This document shows, in pieces, positions 1 to 12,318 of a stretch of DNA of 64,000 bases. Made by a program: the position numbers and the translations under genes. The stretch's first letter is position 1; the number at the start of each line of letters is the position of its first letter. Origin of the DNA: Antedon mediterranea (Eukaryota; Animalia; Echinodermata); assembly GCF_964355755.1 (NCBI RefSeq), contig NC_092670.1, positions 26,026,795 through 26,090,794 on the forward strand, written 5' to 3'. The notes beneath the pieces were generated by a model. The model had not been told where the DNA came from. It made no database searches and worked only from the letters and a program-made list of their open reading frames with translations.

Positions 1-938
1 TTTGTTGGCAAATAATACATTGTTGAAAAGGTACACATGTCTTCTTTCAAATGCTGTTGAAAATTAGCAGAAGTATTAATTATTCAATGAAATACAACCA
101 GATTACTAACACCCACAAAAATGGGCATGATGTGATTTATAATTAAATAGCTATGTTAGATTTTGTGTATTTTTGCGATTAACCAACATATTTTTTTATT
201 TTTTTACACGTTTCCATGGTAACAAAAACAAATTTTCTATAAATATTAATATATCTGATGAAAGAACAATGATTCCTTTTAAAATGTCGAGCGGAAGCAG
301 AAATATTTCTTGTTTAAACTGCAGTGTATAAACAAAGATTTTTATTTTTATATAAATTAGACCAATAAAAGATGAATTGAATTATTCATTATTATTTCAG
401 AAATCCTTTATTGTATTGCTTTATTAATCCTTCTAGCTTGATTGCTGATCGGCGATTACGACACACATGACTCGGTTATGGTGACTCGATACCACGTCCA
501 GCCGGCGTGAGCCTACAGTACACAGTAGGTATTTTTCATTGTATGGAGTGAGTGCACAATCTGTTTGGGCTTCAACCTATTCTCACTCCTGATTGGTGAC
601 TGAATATATATTATTATGAACTTGGAGAAAAGTAGGCCTGTTATAAAACAAACTAGATTTGAACACTTGAACGAGTTAGTTATCCGCAAAACAGCGCTTC
701 ATTATAATAGATTTAAATTAGGCTTTTTTTTGTTCATAAATTCACATTGAATTTGCATTTTTAAGCGCATGGTTTTTTAAGTTTAACGTGCATGTGCATC
801 ATTATTCTGCAATTAAAGTTCATAAAAAAACACAGAGGGGTATAAAGAACAAAAAGCATTTGCAAAAACAGCCTTTCTATGCTATGTGCAAGCTGTGATT
901 GACAATGTTGAAATGCTAAAAATGTCCTGAAACATATA

Positions 939-3900
939 CCGTACTGACGCGGGTATAAGCCCATACTCGGGTATAAGCGCCCACCCCCCACTTTTGACTA
1001 ATTTTTATGCAAAATGAGGCACTCGGGTATAAGCCCACCCATTAATTCGACGATCTTGGTGCCGTAATATATTATTTTGTAACAAAATACATACTCTATA
1101 AAAGTCTAAAAGTAAGCAGTTGACAGCTCTAAACATCGTAAATCAGACCTATTAACGATGTAAAGGTGATTGAACCCAAATACGGTAATACACACGGTCC
1201 TTATTTACCAATTTCTTTTCTGTAGTCTGTACGCTTGAGCGAGTATGACGACACGACATTCACTAGACTGTATTGTGCGCGTCAAGCACCCAGATACGCG
1301 CCACAAAATCAAGGGACCACCTCGGAACTAAACGATTTACAGGAAAAGAAAGGTACTCGCTATCGTTATCATTTCAACTTGATCGTTTTCAAACGATCGT
1401 CATTGAACTGTTAACGATCAACGACGATAGCGTCGAATAACGTCGACAGGAAGGCTTTAGTTTCCGTCCACTATAGTGATAAAACAAGAATTATACTTCT
1501 CGACTTTTTAACGGACCAATTTTAAGAATTGTGCATCGTTTAATATCAGATAATGCTTGTACAATTGATGTTCTATTTAATAAATTAATAAAATAATGAT
1601 TTATTATCAATTTCTGTTGTATTTTGAAGCGCGTTTTGTAAGCAGCTGCGTGATGTGTGCAATGCGCGATTGCACGCAATGCACACATCTTTGGCGCGGG
1701 TGGTACATCGTGCGTTGTTTCGTGGTCGGAGTGGAGAGTAGTCTACCAATTTAATCATGCCTCCAAAAAGAAAATGCTGGACTGTCGCCGAAAAGGTGAA
1801 CATTATCCGTTGGCATAGAAACCATGGCAATAATCAAACGGCTACGGCAAAGAATTTTGGTGTTGATAGAAAGGGGATACGTGAATGGGACCGGAATTTT
1901 GAAAATCTACTGATTTTGAGTGATGGACCGAAGACCAAGAAGATGAAGAAAGTACATCCTGGCGGTGAACTAAAAAGTGATGAACTCGACCATGAACTTT
2001 TACTTTATCTCGATGAAGAACGGGAAAATGGTCGTGCCGTGAACAACATAATGTTGAAAAACAAGGCGAGGGAAATTGCCAACAATCTTCGTATAGACGA
2101 TTTTAACGCGTCCAATGGGTGGTTGACTAGGTGGAAAAGGCGTAATAACGTCGCAATGCGTCGCTCTACAAATGAATCACAAAGATTACAGGGAACAATT
2201 GATGGCATTCCGCAGATGTGTAATTCATCGACGCCAGGAACACAACTACCCATTACGACATATCATAAATATGGACCAGACGATGGTAAGATTTGATATG
2301 CCTTTTAATTATACAAATAATATCCGTGGTGAAAAAACCATTAGAGTGGCAACTACCGGTGGAAGAAAACGGGGCTTTACGGTATCGCTTGCAGCTACTG
2401 CTGATGGAACTAAATTGCCAGCATGCATTTATTTCAAAGAAAGAAATGGAGTAATTCCACCACGAGTTGCTGCGACCCTACAAATGCCCAGAAACGTCAA
2501 AGTAGCAGCTACACCAAATGGTTGGATGAGAAGTCCAGAAATTCACCAGTGGTTAAGAAACCGACTTGATTATTTGCGTAATTTTGATCAAAGAGAGCCG
2601 TTATTATTAATCTGGGACCGCTACAACCCACACACATCGGTGGACACACGTGCAGTTATGGATGAAATTAACATAAACTCCGTGTTAATTCCTGCTGGTT
2701 GTACATTCATTGCGCAACCGATGGATGTGAGCATAAATTTGCCATTTAAGAAAAAGCTACGCGAGCTGTGGTCAAATTGGATGGTCACTCACGATGACCG
2801 AACGCCTGCTGGTAATTTAAGAATGGCATCACGACAGAAAGTGATTGACTGGGTCGGTATCGCCTGGAATTCGATTGGGCAAGAAATCGTGACGCGTTCG
2901 TTCCTCAGACGTGGTATTTCCAATGCACTCGATGGATCAGAGGACGACCAGGCAAGAGACGAAATACCACATCCTGAAGAAAATGATCAACTTGAGGATG
3001 AACTTGCAGGGATTGTTTTTGACGACGACGACGGAGAATCAACAGATGGAGAAGAATTTGATGGATTTGACATCGAAAGTGATGACGATATTTGAATGTT
3101 TTCGTTCCTGAAATTAAAGACACCTTCCCTACAATTTGTGACGTTTTGTAAAAATAATACATTACATTACTTTAAAAACATTAAACCAGGTCATTCCTTG
3201 TGTTAAATGTACGTTTTATGGTAAATTATGATAAAAAGTGAGAAACAATGAACTACCTAGGTAGCTCGCAGCGACTGACCTCTTGTGGACGGTCTTTAGG
3301 CCTAGCCTAGCTAGGCTTAGTTTTGTAGGCCTAGCTGGTAAACATTGGTAACGTACGAACATCGTACACTAGCTACATATACCTAGCCTGACGTTCTATA
3401 GTTGCTGCATTAATTTTCGCTGAATAGTTAGGAGTCTTCCATTTGTTTTGGCCCCACGATCGATCGAAAAGTGGGTGAATTACATTAGAAAAACAGAAAT
3501 ATCAATCCGCGCGCAATGCATTTTGTGATTTATAGCGGGCCGCTATAATTTAGAATCGAAATATTTTTCAGATTTGTAACAATTTAAAGACAAAAAAAGT
3601 TATCGCAATAGGACCATATAGTATTATTTTTAGATTAAATATAGTTTGTGATCTTAAAATAGATCTAAAAAACGTAGGAAAGGTGTCTTTAATATCGATG
3701 TTTGAATTTGTTATGTTTGTTTTCTATTGAAATTAAAAACAGTTCACAGTTTGCAGTTAAAATTCAGTTGTCTTTGTTTTTTTTAACATGTAGTTCAGAC
3801 TCTATGGTTACCATAACGAACATACATCAAAGTGATTCATGCTAATTTTGGCAACGCTTTTAAATTGTATCTGCTGTCTATTGTAATTCAACCGAAATAC

Positions 3901-4610
3901 AAATCTTACTTATTATTTCTTTTCTGTATGCTGTAGTTTAACAACATTTCATTAGCCTACTAGTACCGATAAGACTAGACTTTATTGCGCGCGTCTAGCA
4001 TCCACCGCAGATTAAACGATACACCGCATTCCAAAATCAAGGGACCTCGGAAACATTAATGATGGGTGTCAGCAGGCGGTACTGCAAACGCACATTGCTA
4101 ATTTCGGCAACGCTTTGTGTTTAATACAGTACTCTTTTACTCTACGAGCCGGACGCGCACCAAAACCGATATTCTTTCTCTACAATCGATCATGCTGGGT
4201 GTGCAATTGGCTATAAATAGATCGTGGGAAAAAATGCGTGCATGGAAACACTCTGTACCGTTGCCCCGCTTTACCGTTTCCACGCGTACGATTTATTTTT
4301 ATAAACTTATTGTTATTAAAATCAACTGGTAACCCGCCGCCTGCGACGTATGTTTTGTTTTAGAAGCTGACCCTTCGGCGCAATGTAGGCCGTATGCCTT
4401 GAACGTTGTTACTCGCTAACAGGTGATTAAAACACGGTTAGATGATACATTATAATGACATTTCATTGTAAAATAATATCTTAGAAATCCACTAATTTAT
4501 GTGCTGTTTTTAACGATCTGCATTTTTGAATCCTCGGGTATAAGCCCACCCCCCAAACTTGACGTGATTTCATGTTCAAGGGGGGTGGGCTTATACCCGC
4601 GTCAGTACGG
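939..4610 (+). mobile_element. Full-length pogo-superfamily DNA transposon (DD35D, Passer-like)
   Basis: Perfect 25-bp TIRs ccgtactgacgcgggtataagccca, TA on both sides (937-938, 4611-4612), subterminal ctcgggtataagc(g)ccc repeats near 967, 1022 and 4533, and an internal transposase. Confidence 0.95.
1757..3095 (+). pseudogene. pogo transposase with one frameshift near 2180-2190
   Basis: First frame: two HTH domains (Brinker-like, then CENP-B-like with FNASNGWLTRWKRRN). Second frame: DDE_1 domain with NMDQT, IWDRYNPH and QPMDVSIN (35 residues between D2 and D3) plus an acidic tail. Confidence 0.92.
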
Positions 4611-7077
4611 TAGTTAATAATTTTGTGCATTTTAAAATTTTAAATGCACGTGCGTGGGTACTTTTTTTTACCAAGTTTCAATACAAAATAACTTTTGGCT
4701 TTTAATCTATAAGTCATTGAAATTCAAAAAATCTCGCGAGTCATGTTGCGCAACTCTGACGTCATTTAAAAATAGGAAAAAAACTACACGTAAATGTTGA
4801 TATGTTGACAAAGTTATGAAATGTTATTTTTACACGTTTTATAGAAAAGCAACGGTCAAAAAAGAGTGGAAAAAAAGAAGATTAAGATTTAAACTTGTCA
4901 ATTTGACGAGTTAGTAATCCGCACAACAAATGCCACATGCACGTCATACATTGAAATATTGCACACAGAAAAGATTATGGCATTATGACATGAAAAATAT
5001 GTTATGTTGTTAGTGTAGAATTCTGTCTATTTTGTGTCATATAGTATATACAGCATAATTGTGCTGAAATTATGAGACGCACCTTTTATGCCAATTTTTT
5101 ACATGATGACATCATCAAAATGATAGCAATTTCGGAAGAAAATAATCTGAGCAACAACATATTAACATGTTGAAAAATTAAAAAACGTCGAATATAGATG
5201 CGCCTTCTTTTAAATGTGATGAACTATGATGCAAATCTGACTTTTTTTTATTCAACTGGCCATATGATGACGTCACAACATCTGATTGGCAACATTTTTA
5301 CATGAATTCGTATCTACAATTTTATCTTCCAGAACATGAGTATCACTTTTTATTCTAAAGAGCTATAATAGATTGAAATTTACTGTAAAGATGAAAATTA
5401 GTAACCCACATTGTTAAAATATTTTGACATGATAACGTCATAAAAAATAAAAGGTTTGTAACTCATGCGAAAGATAATTGATTGACCTAGACAATATTGA
5501 AATCTTGCTAAATAGAATACGGATAAGCGAGATGCGCTCTATTAAATGTGATAAGCTATGATGAAAGAGACAAAATCCTATATTTTATATTCGCATGGCC
5601 ATATGATGACGTCACAACATCCGAGAGATAAAAATTTTGCATGAATTCATATTTACAACTTATCTGCTTGCATAATAAGTTCACAAAATTGGGGGGTCAC
5701 CTTTGATCCTGAAGAGCTATAAAAGATTTTAATATTTTGTAATTTTTCAACTAAAACGCGCGCAAATTGTCTAATTCAATGTGTTCGTATGGTGTGATTT
5801 GAAATGAAAATGGTATAAATTATTTTTCAATTACTAGGAAAAGCTGGAAAAATATAATTCAAAAGAAAAAAAACATATTTTTTATACTCCATGCGCACCG
5901 TACGCATAAAAAAGGTCGCGCGTGTGGGAATTTCTGACATACGCTAAATGTCATGCGTCGTGTAGAAAGTTGATAAGAAATTAATTTGGTGTGCGCGTAA
6001 CGTTGTTTTAAACATGCCATTTTAAATCCACAGAAAGTTTTCCCCTGAAATTTTCACAATGTTTCAATAAAAAATAACTCTTGGTTTTCGGAGGACATAG
6101 TCATTAATAAGCTGTTTCATAGCGGTATAGCTTTAGTATCCAAGGCCGACAGTTTTGTGAATTTGCAAACTCTACTACAATTTATAGGTCCCAGCTGCTG
6201 GACCCAAAAAACGTCTGGGAAAAGAGAGTCTATGAGGGCTCACGGTTGAACGATTTTGGATTCTTGCCCTTTGATTGGTTGGCGCAAATCAACAGATTGT
6301 GGAAGAATTTTCACTTGTACCAACTTGAAGTCACATTGTCTCTAGAGGGTATTCTTCTTGCATGCCTACAGTTCCGGTTGACAGGCTACAGCATATTAAA
6401 GCTCAAAATTGACCATTTTTAAATGCCATTTTTGAAATAGTAGATTAATGTTTGTTGGCAAATAATACATTGTTGGAAAGGTGCACATGTCTTCTTTCAA
6501 ATGCTGTGTATACAATTAACTAGTGAAAAAATGGGCATGTGATTCATAATTAAAGAACTATCTGTGATTTGTATGTATCTTTGCGATTAAAGGACATATT
6601 TTTAATAATTAATCATAAATTAATCAAAAGAACAATGATTAATTTTAAAATGTTGAGCGGCGTATTTTGTAAGAAATATTTCTATAATCTATGATCAATC
6701 ATTGAAATTCATAAAATCGTCAGGTTGCGCAACTCTGACGTGCACAACTTATGCTAATATATTGACAAAGTTATGAAATTTTATGTTTACACATTTCAGA
6801 GATACACAAGACAAAATAATAGGGGTGAATTGGAAAGAAAAAGAATATAAATCAGGACAATTACAAGGAATTATCTGGTGAGTGCGGATAACTAAAAAGA
6901 AGGGGAAAAAAAGTTTTGATCAATATGCCTTGATCGTCCTCATCAAAGCATATTGATCGAAATGTTGAGAAACTCAACAGTTCTTTTCAGAACTAATATA
7001 CGTTGTGTACTGCAAAATTTATATCAACATTTGATTTTGCCATATTACGACTACTGAATAATTTTAGTTAAACTTAC

Positions 7078-7201
7078 CCCATTGCTCTGGCTACTACAAG
7101 TTGGACTTGAGGTTCTCGCTTAGATCTGTTAATGATGTCATGAACTTCACTAAAATCTTTACCCTGTAAAGGTTGTCCATTCCATTCTAATACTTCATCC
7201 C
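7078..7201 (-). CDS. RIMS2: RIMS exon, C-terminal part of PDZ domain (not in ORF track)
   Basis: Hand translation: (G)DEVLEWNGQPLQGKDFSEVHDIINRSKREPQVQLVVARAM(G), the canonical continuation of the RIM PDZ. Acceptor aaaag|GG, donor GG|gtaagt; 124 nt. Confidence 0.92.
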
Positions 7202-9379
7202 CTTTTTAATTGATTAAAAAACATAATAATTGATTAAAAAACATAATAATTTATTATATATCATTTTACACTTCTACTTCTACTCACTTCTACTTCTACT
7301 CACAACGTCCCCTTTCAATGTTAACCACAAATTCTTTTTATATTTTTTTTTTCTGGTACAAATACTTGATAGCATACTTCTTATAATAATTTAGCTCTTG
7401 GCTCTTTCTATTTTATTATTGTAAGTGAAAACTTATTATTAGGCTTAGCTTGTTAGCCTTGCTCGGGTTGGCAGCTGCATTTTCCTCCAATAGAATTACA
7501 TGACTGTTCTCAATAAATATTGGTGGGTCGGCTGATCGTTAACAAAAATTAACTAAATTGGGTGTGTTCACTATTTATGAACCTATTAAACACATGCTTT
7601 GACCACTGTGTAGTCAAAATATTTATTTAGTTAAATCCTTAAATTGATAATCGCATATTCTGTAATAACATGACTGATGTAATATTCAGTGACGTACTAA
7701 ACGCATGTGATTTAATGTGTTGGGAAAGAGCTTGCTGTTTATAATGCATTTCATTATCAACTGTTTAACCACCTGATTCACGGTGCTGTTCACGTACATC
7801 GGCGACGTGTAAATGCAAACATTTTGATCACCGAATAGCTTTTGTCGACATAGCGATCGGTGGCTAGCGTGCCTAAGATAAAAAGTACCTATTTTCCGGC
7901 AAATTACAACTAGCAAACATTTGAATTTTAAATTGACTAAATTAGGATTTGGCGAAAGAAAATGTTAGGCCTTTCACCATTTCACCTTGGTTTCTGACTG
8001 GGTTACCCCTATTAAGAGAACAATTTGAATATGGGTTCTAATGTATTCGAGCACGGCCTACCATCTAGTAAAAGAAATGAATGTAAACTAAAATTTGATG
8101 GATACACACTGTACAGTAGTGGTAAATTGGATTGCTGTGGTATCATTGCGAATAGGATCAATCCTGTTGTTATATGCTACATGGATATTATAAAGAAATA
8201 AAAAAGTCCATCTGGGGTCTGGATATAAATATAATTACAAAGATTTTTCCTTTTCATTTTCATGTAAATTGCAACATGTCATGCTCGAATATGTTTCAGA
8301 GTCTTTGGAAGTTAAATTTCTAATGTATTTTTTAGGAGTTGACCATTTCGTTTTTGCGTAATTAATCGTTGATAATGCAGCTAGCAGCTGCGAGAGAAGA
8401 TGTGACATAACATGATAACGTGACCTTTACAACTAAGGTCCTTTTTTGTCGATCGCAGAGTGAGGAGAACCACCTAACTACTGAAAAAATAATAAACTGA
8501 TTCTGATTTCTATTATTTTTATATGAATTTTTATGTTTGTACCTACTAATATTAATATACTGAATTAAATAAGACCAATCTCAATCACGCATATTTTCAC
8601 ATGGATTTAGAAAAAAAATAGTTTTATCATGGAGTAAACCAAAATACTTGACAAATTGCAAATAATAATCGCAATCAAGCATTTCTAAATGGCAATGGCA
8701 ATTGTGGTGTTCAACAAGGAACAACTTTGGGATCAATAATTTTTTAGGTCATGTTGAACTATTCTATTAAATCTAATAAAAGTAAACGTATGAACATTTG
8801 TAACCAGATGCTTAATATTGACAAGGACGAGGTAAAGCTCATTGACACTCTTAAAGACCTACGCATTTTTTTTACCTAATTTAAAAGGCCATTTGATGGT
8901 CCCTGGACCCTATTTGACATATTCTATGGCTCAGACCTTTTGTATGCTTAACAACAATGCTTAACAAATCTTCATGGGCTCCCGGACTAGGTCCTTGTTG
9001 TTGCTTATTCTAAGCTGGTTTTAGGTTTAGAGAAATTTTATAGCGAACAATGTTTGGCGGTCACCAACAATCCAGTACATTGTGTTGTTGTTTTTAGGCT
9101 TGTATACTCGAAGTCTGTTTGATTTTAGGGATATAGTTATTGAGACCACGCCGCACGGTAGGGTTGATACTGTGTGGGCTGGCATTTATTTTATTACTAG
9201 TGCCTTAATTATCATCATATTGGTTATTTTAACCTGTGTGTTTGTTTAATAGAAACTATATCAGAAAGTGATTTTGACGAGGAATTTTTAGATAGCATGT
9301 CCATTGTGGTGGTAGCTCAGCTATCAGAGGAGCATTTGAGAACCAAATGGGTCACACCACACATGTTTCTACACCAAAT

Positions 9380-10460
9380 GATTCAGAGAATATTAAATGG
9401 GTTTCCACGTTTAATCAGGATGAGGTAGAGACATATTTTTTAGCTTGAGAAAATTGTCAATAGATTATAGTGGCCTGCTAAACACTGGACTGTGCTGTTA
9501 CAAAGGTATGTTCTGTAGCATTCATAAATGTTGTCAATCTGAGTAAAGTTTGATTCTTAAGATACACAGGGGTGTCACAATCGCTGATTAGAATCGGCAT
9601 TGTTATTTTCGGACAAGTCTTCTGCTGGAGCAAGTGTGCTCATTCAAGGTGTTGTAGGGGTTATGAAGAAGAAGTCCCACTTCATGTAATTCGGATTGAA
9701 ACCGTATTGTCACACACTGTCCAGGCTGAACAGCATCCAAAAGTGAGTGTGTGATTTCAGTCCGAAAATTCTCAATTGGTCTAGGTTATTGGAAAAGCAG
9801 ATTAAAGATCCTGATTTCTATTGTCTGTTTGTTATTATATAAAGGATGACATATATGCGTAAGTGGAGGCCACCAGATAGTCCGAGTAGTGATGTTTGGA
9901 TGAGATTCACCAGATAGTTATTCCTAGTGGATACAGTTATTATTATTACTGCACATGATGATCCTCGTTCAGGTCATTTAGGTGTCAATAACAATGAAGC
10001 GTTCTTCTACGGAAACATTAGCTTTGATGTCAGCGTTAAATTACTTTGAATTATATCTTGGATCTACTCCATTTCCAATTGTAGTTTGGACTCACCATAA
10101 ATAAATAAAAAATACTCATTAGACAAGAACCAACGCTTATTGAGATAGAGTTTAGCAGTTCAAGAAATGAATCTGGAAATTCATCATATTAGAGGAAAAG
10201 ACAATGTTGTCGAGTTTAGATATAAAAAAGATTTTAAAAGTTTTGTGTTTATGTGTTTATTTAAATATAATATGTTAATTGTGATAGAGTGATGCATTAA
10301 AGGCATATACGGATTTAAAGTCACTTGAAATTTTAAAGAAGCAGTTGAAGCAAAATTATATCAACAACCTGTGCAAATAATTATAGGAAAAGATTTAAGA
10401 CATTATAGTAAACAGTTATAAGTTTAATCATATCAAACTTTCTTTAAGTGGGGAAGTGAG
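9380..10460 (+). mobile_element. Heavily decayed Gmr1-like Gypsy LTR retrotransposon
   Basis: Fragments in order: gag-like (WPAKHWTVLLQ), protease (RYTGVSQSLI), integrase N-terminus (RKWRPP...HQIVIPSGY...AHDDPRSGHLGVN), RNase H (LALMSALNYFELYLGSTPFPIVVWTHH...KNQRLLR*SLAVQEMNLEIHHIRGKDNVV), then a PPT-like aagtggggaag. Confidence 0.75.
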
Positions 10461-11754
10461 CCCTCTAGAGGAAAAGAGGAGAGATGATTAAAGATGGACG
10501 ACAACTACAACATGTTTTGTTATATTATTATTGTTGGTTTCAGCCTAACAAGCAAGCCATTAACTACCTAAATTTAGGTTTCAAAAAACCTAAAGTTTTA
10601 AGTTGTTTTCCAACTTATTGGTCAGAAAATTTAGCATGTATTTTGTCGATGTGAAATGTGTTTTATTTAGAACATATTGTGTAAATATGTATTGCGCTAC
10701 CTTGCAATCTCTCCAGGTATGCTACAATAATGGTTTAAGAATGTTGTTGCAAAGGCCTCGACATTAGTGCCAGCTTCATGTTTACGGAATGTAGAATTCC
10801 TTCTTTTTATGAATTGTTAAGAGTGGCTCAATTCAAGTGAAAATGTATTAGTCTCAACAAGGCAACGTCTTATATAAGTCAAGATGCTCTTCAGGTGGAA
10901 TGCAATCCTGAGATGACTAATTAGTCTTGTTTCTTATTTTTAATTCATTTATATGTAATTTGACTTTCTATGGACCAGAGATTCCGAAATAAAAGATTGA
11001 ATCAATTAATTATTTTTATTATAAAAAGATAAATTCTATTTTCAAAAGGCGAATGAAATTATTTGTACCATTGCATGAATACAAACATTTATTCTTTGTT
11101 TTATAATACACCTACCGTACCTATTTATGTCAACAACCGAAACAAAGGCCTAGTTAGTGTAAAAGCAAAAGAGATACAAAACCCAATGATTCCACTTGTA
11201 TAATTGTTCCCAGAGTAATCAAAATCATACAAACGATCTGAAGCTAATTTTAAATTTTTTTTTGGTATGTATAGTAAATTAGTACTGTACATTCACTCTA
11301 CAAAAATGTTTACTTGAGTGCCATTTCTGTAATGCAAAACAAATAATAGGTGGCGCTATTGAATTTCACACTAAGATGTAGCGTTCACAGTTGGCCATGA
11401 GACTTTTTTTTCTTACGCAAAAGGAAAAAAATAATGAATTGGATGGTGAGAATATGTCATGAGAAAGATAGAGCAGTCAATTTTTCATTGAATGAATATT
11501 CCTCCATTCAACAAATACAAAACATTCATTATTTGTTTTTATAACACACCTACTTATTCAATTTATCCATCGTAAATCATTGACGAATGCTGAGCCAGGA
11601 AGCTAGGCCATTAAAAAAAGCAGCTCCAACTGGATGCATTAGAGTAGAACAGTTATAGATGAATGAAAAGTTGATTTTTTAACATGATCAGTCAATATCA
11701 TCATGTGCAAATCAAATTGCAAGAATACAATCAGATAAAATAATAAGAATATCC

Positions 11755-12027
11755 TGGAATTAATAGCGCCTAATGTTGTAAAATCTCTAAGCGCTGAATA
11801 TTATTACCCCAGTCAATTTTTTGAATCAAACACGTATGGAAACATACTCCCATAATGCAGCTAGTAATCAGCGCAAAGTTGTGTCTTGATCTAACCGGGT
11901 ACCCATTTATACACCTGGGTGGAGAGAGGCAAATGTAAGTAAAGTATCTTGCCTAAAGATACAAGAGTTGGGTTCGAACCTCAATCTCACAATCGGTAGT
12001 CGAATGTCCAACACACGCCACACGCCC
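11755..12027 (-). mobile_element. tRNA-derived SINE
   Basis: Minus strand: tRNA-like head with B box ggttcgaacc, central tgcctctctccacccaggtgtataaatgggtacc (resembles a V-SINE-type core) and L2-like tail cagcgcttagag...taggcgctat. Confidence 0.7.
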
Positions 12028-12110
12028 TTTGTGTTATAATGCCATCTATTAATTTATTTCTGTTATAATAGTGAATAATACATTTTTACGGCGCAATAAA
12101 AACAAATTAC

Positions 12111-12318
12111 CTTCTTTTAACTGACCAACTGTATCTGCAATGCTGCCTTGTCTAATCTTTGAAATAAAAGGACCTAACTTTCCACGATCTCTACCAACTT
12201 TTAATCCCAAAATTGCACTAGAATCTTCTTTTAAGCTTCCATCTGACTGGCCTTTTTTCAAGATCATTCGACCAATAAGTCGGTGATTATCAATATCACG
12301 CTGCCACGTAACTGGGTG
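12111..12318 (-). CDS. RIMS2: RIMS exon, N-terminal part of PDZ domain
   Basis: HPVTWQ...RLIGRMILKK...AILGLKV...FISKIRQGSIADTVGQLKEG matches the RIM PDZ. Acceptor atttcag|CAC, donor G|gtaatt; 208 nt, phase 0 to 1. Confidence 0.93.

Larger units (their letters stand above)
652..6893 (-). mobile_element. Cluster of Helentron/HINE-type non-autonomous elements interrupted by the pogo transposon
   Basis: On the minus strand: 5' end ttagttatccgc at ~6893, and 3'-type ends (gcggataacta, hairpin, ctag-like) at ~652-687 and ~4885-4922. Region 4891-6040 is the reverse complement homologue of 46580-47823; 1-300 resembles 6449-6680. Internal boundaries are uncertain. Confidence 0.6.

Noticed and set aside
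2160-2200. Programmed ribosomal frameshift in the pogo transposase
   Set aside because: No slippery heptamer, and a small deletion explains the shift more simply.
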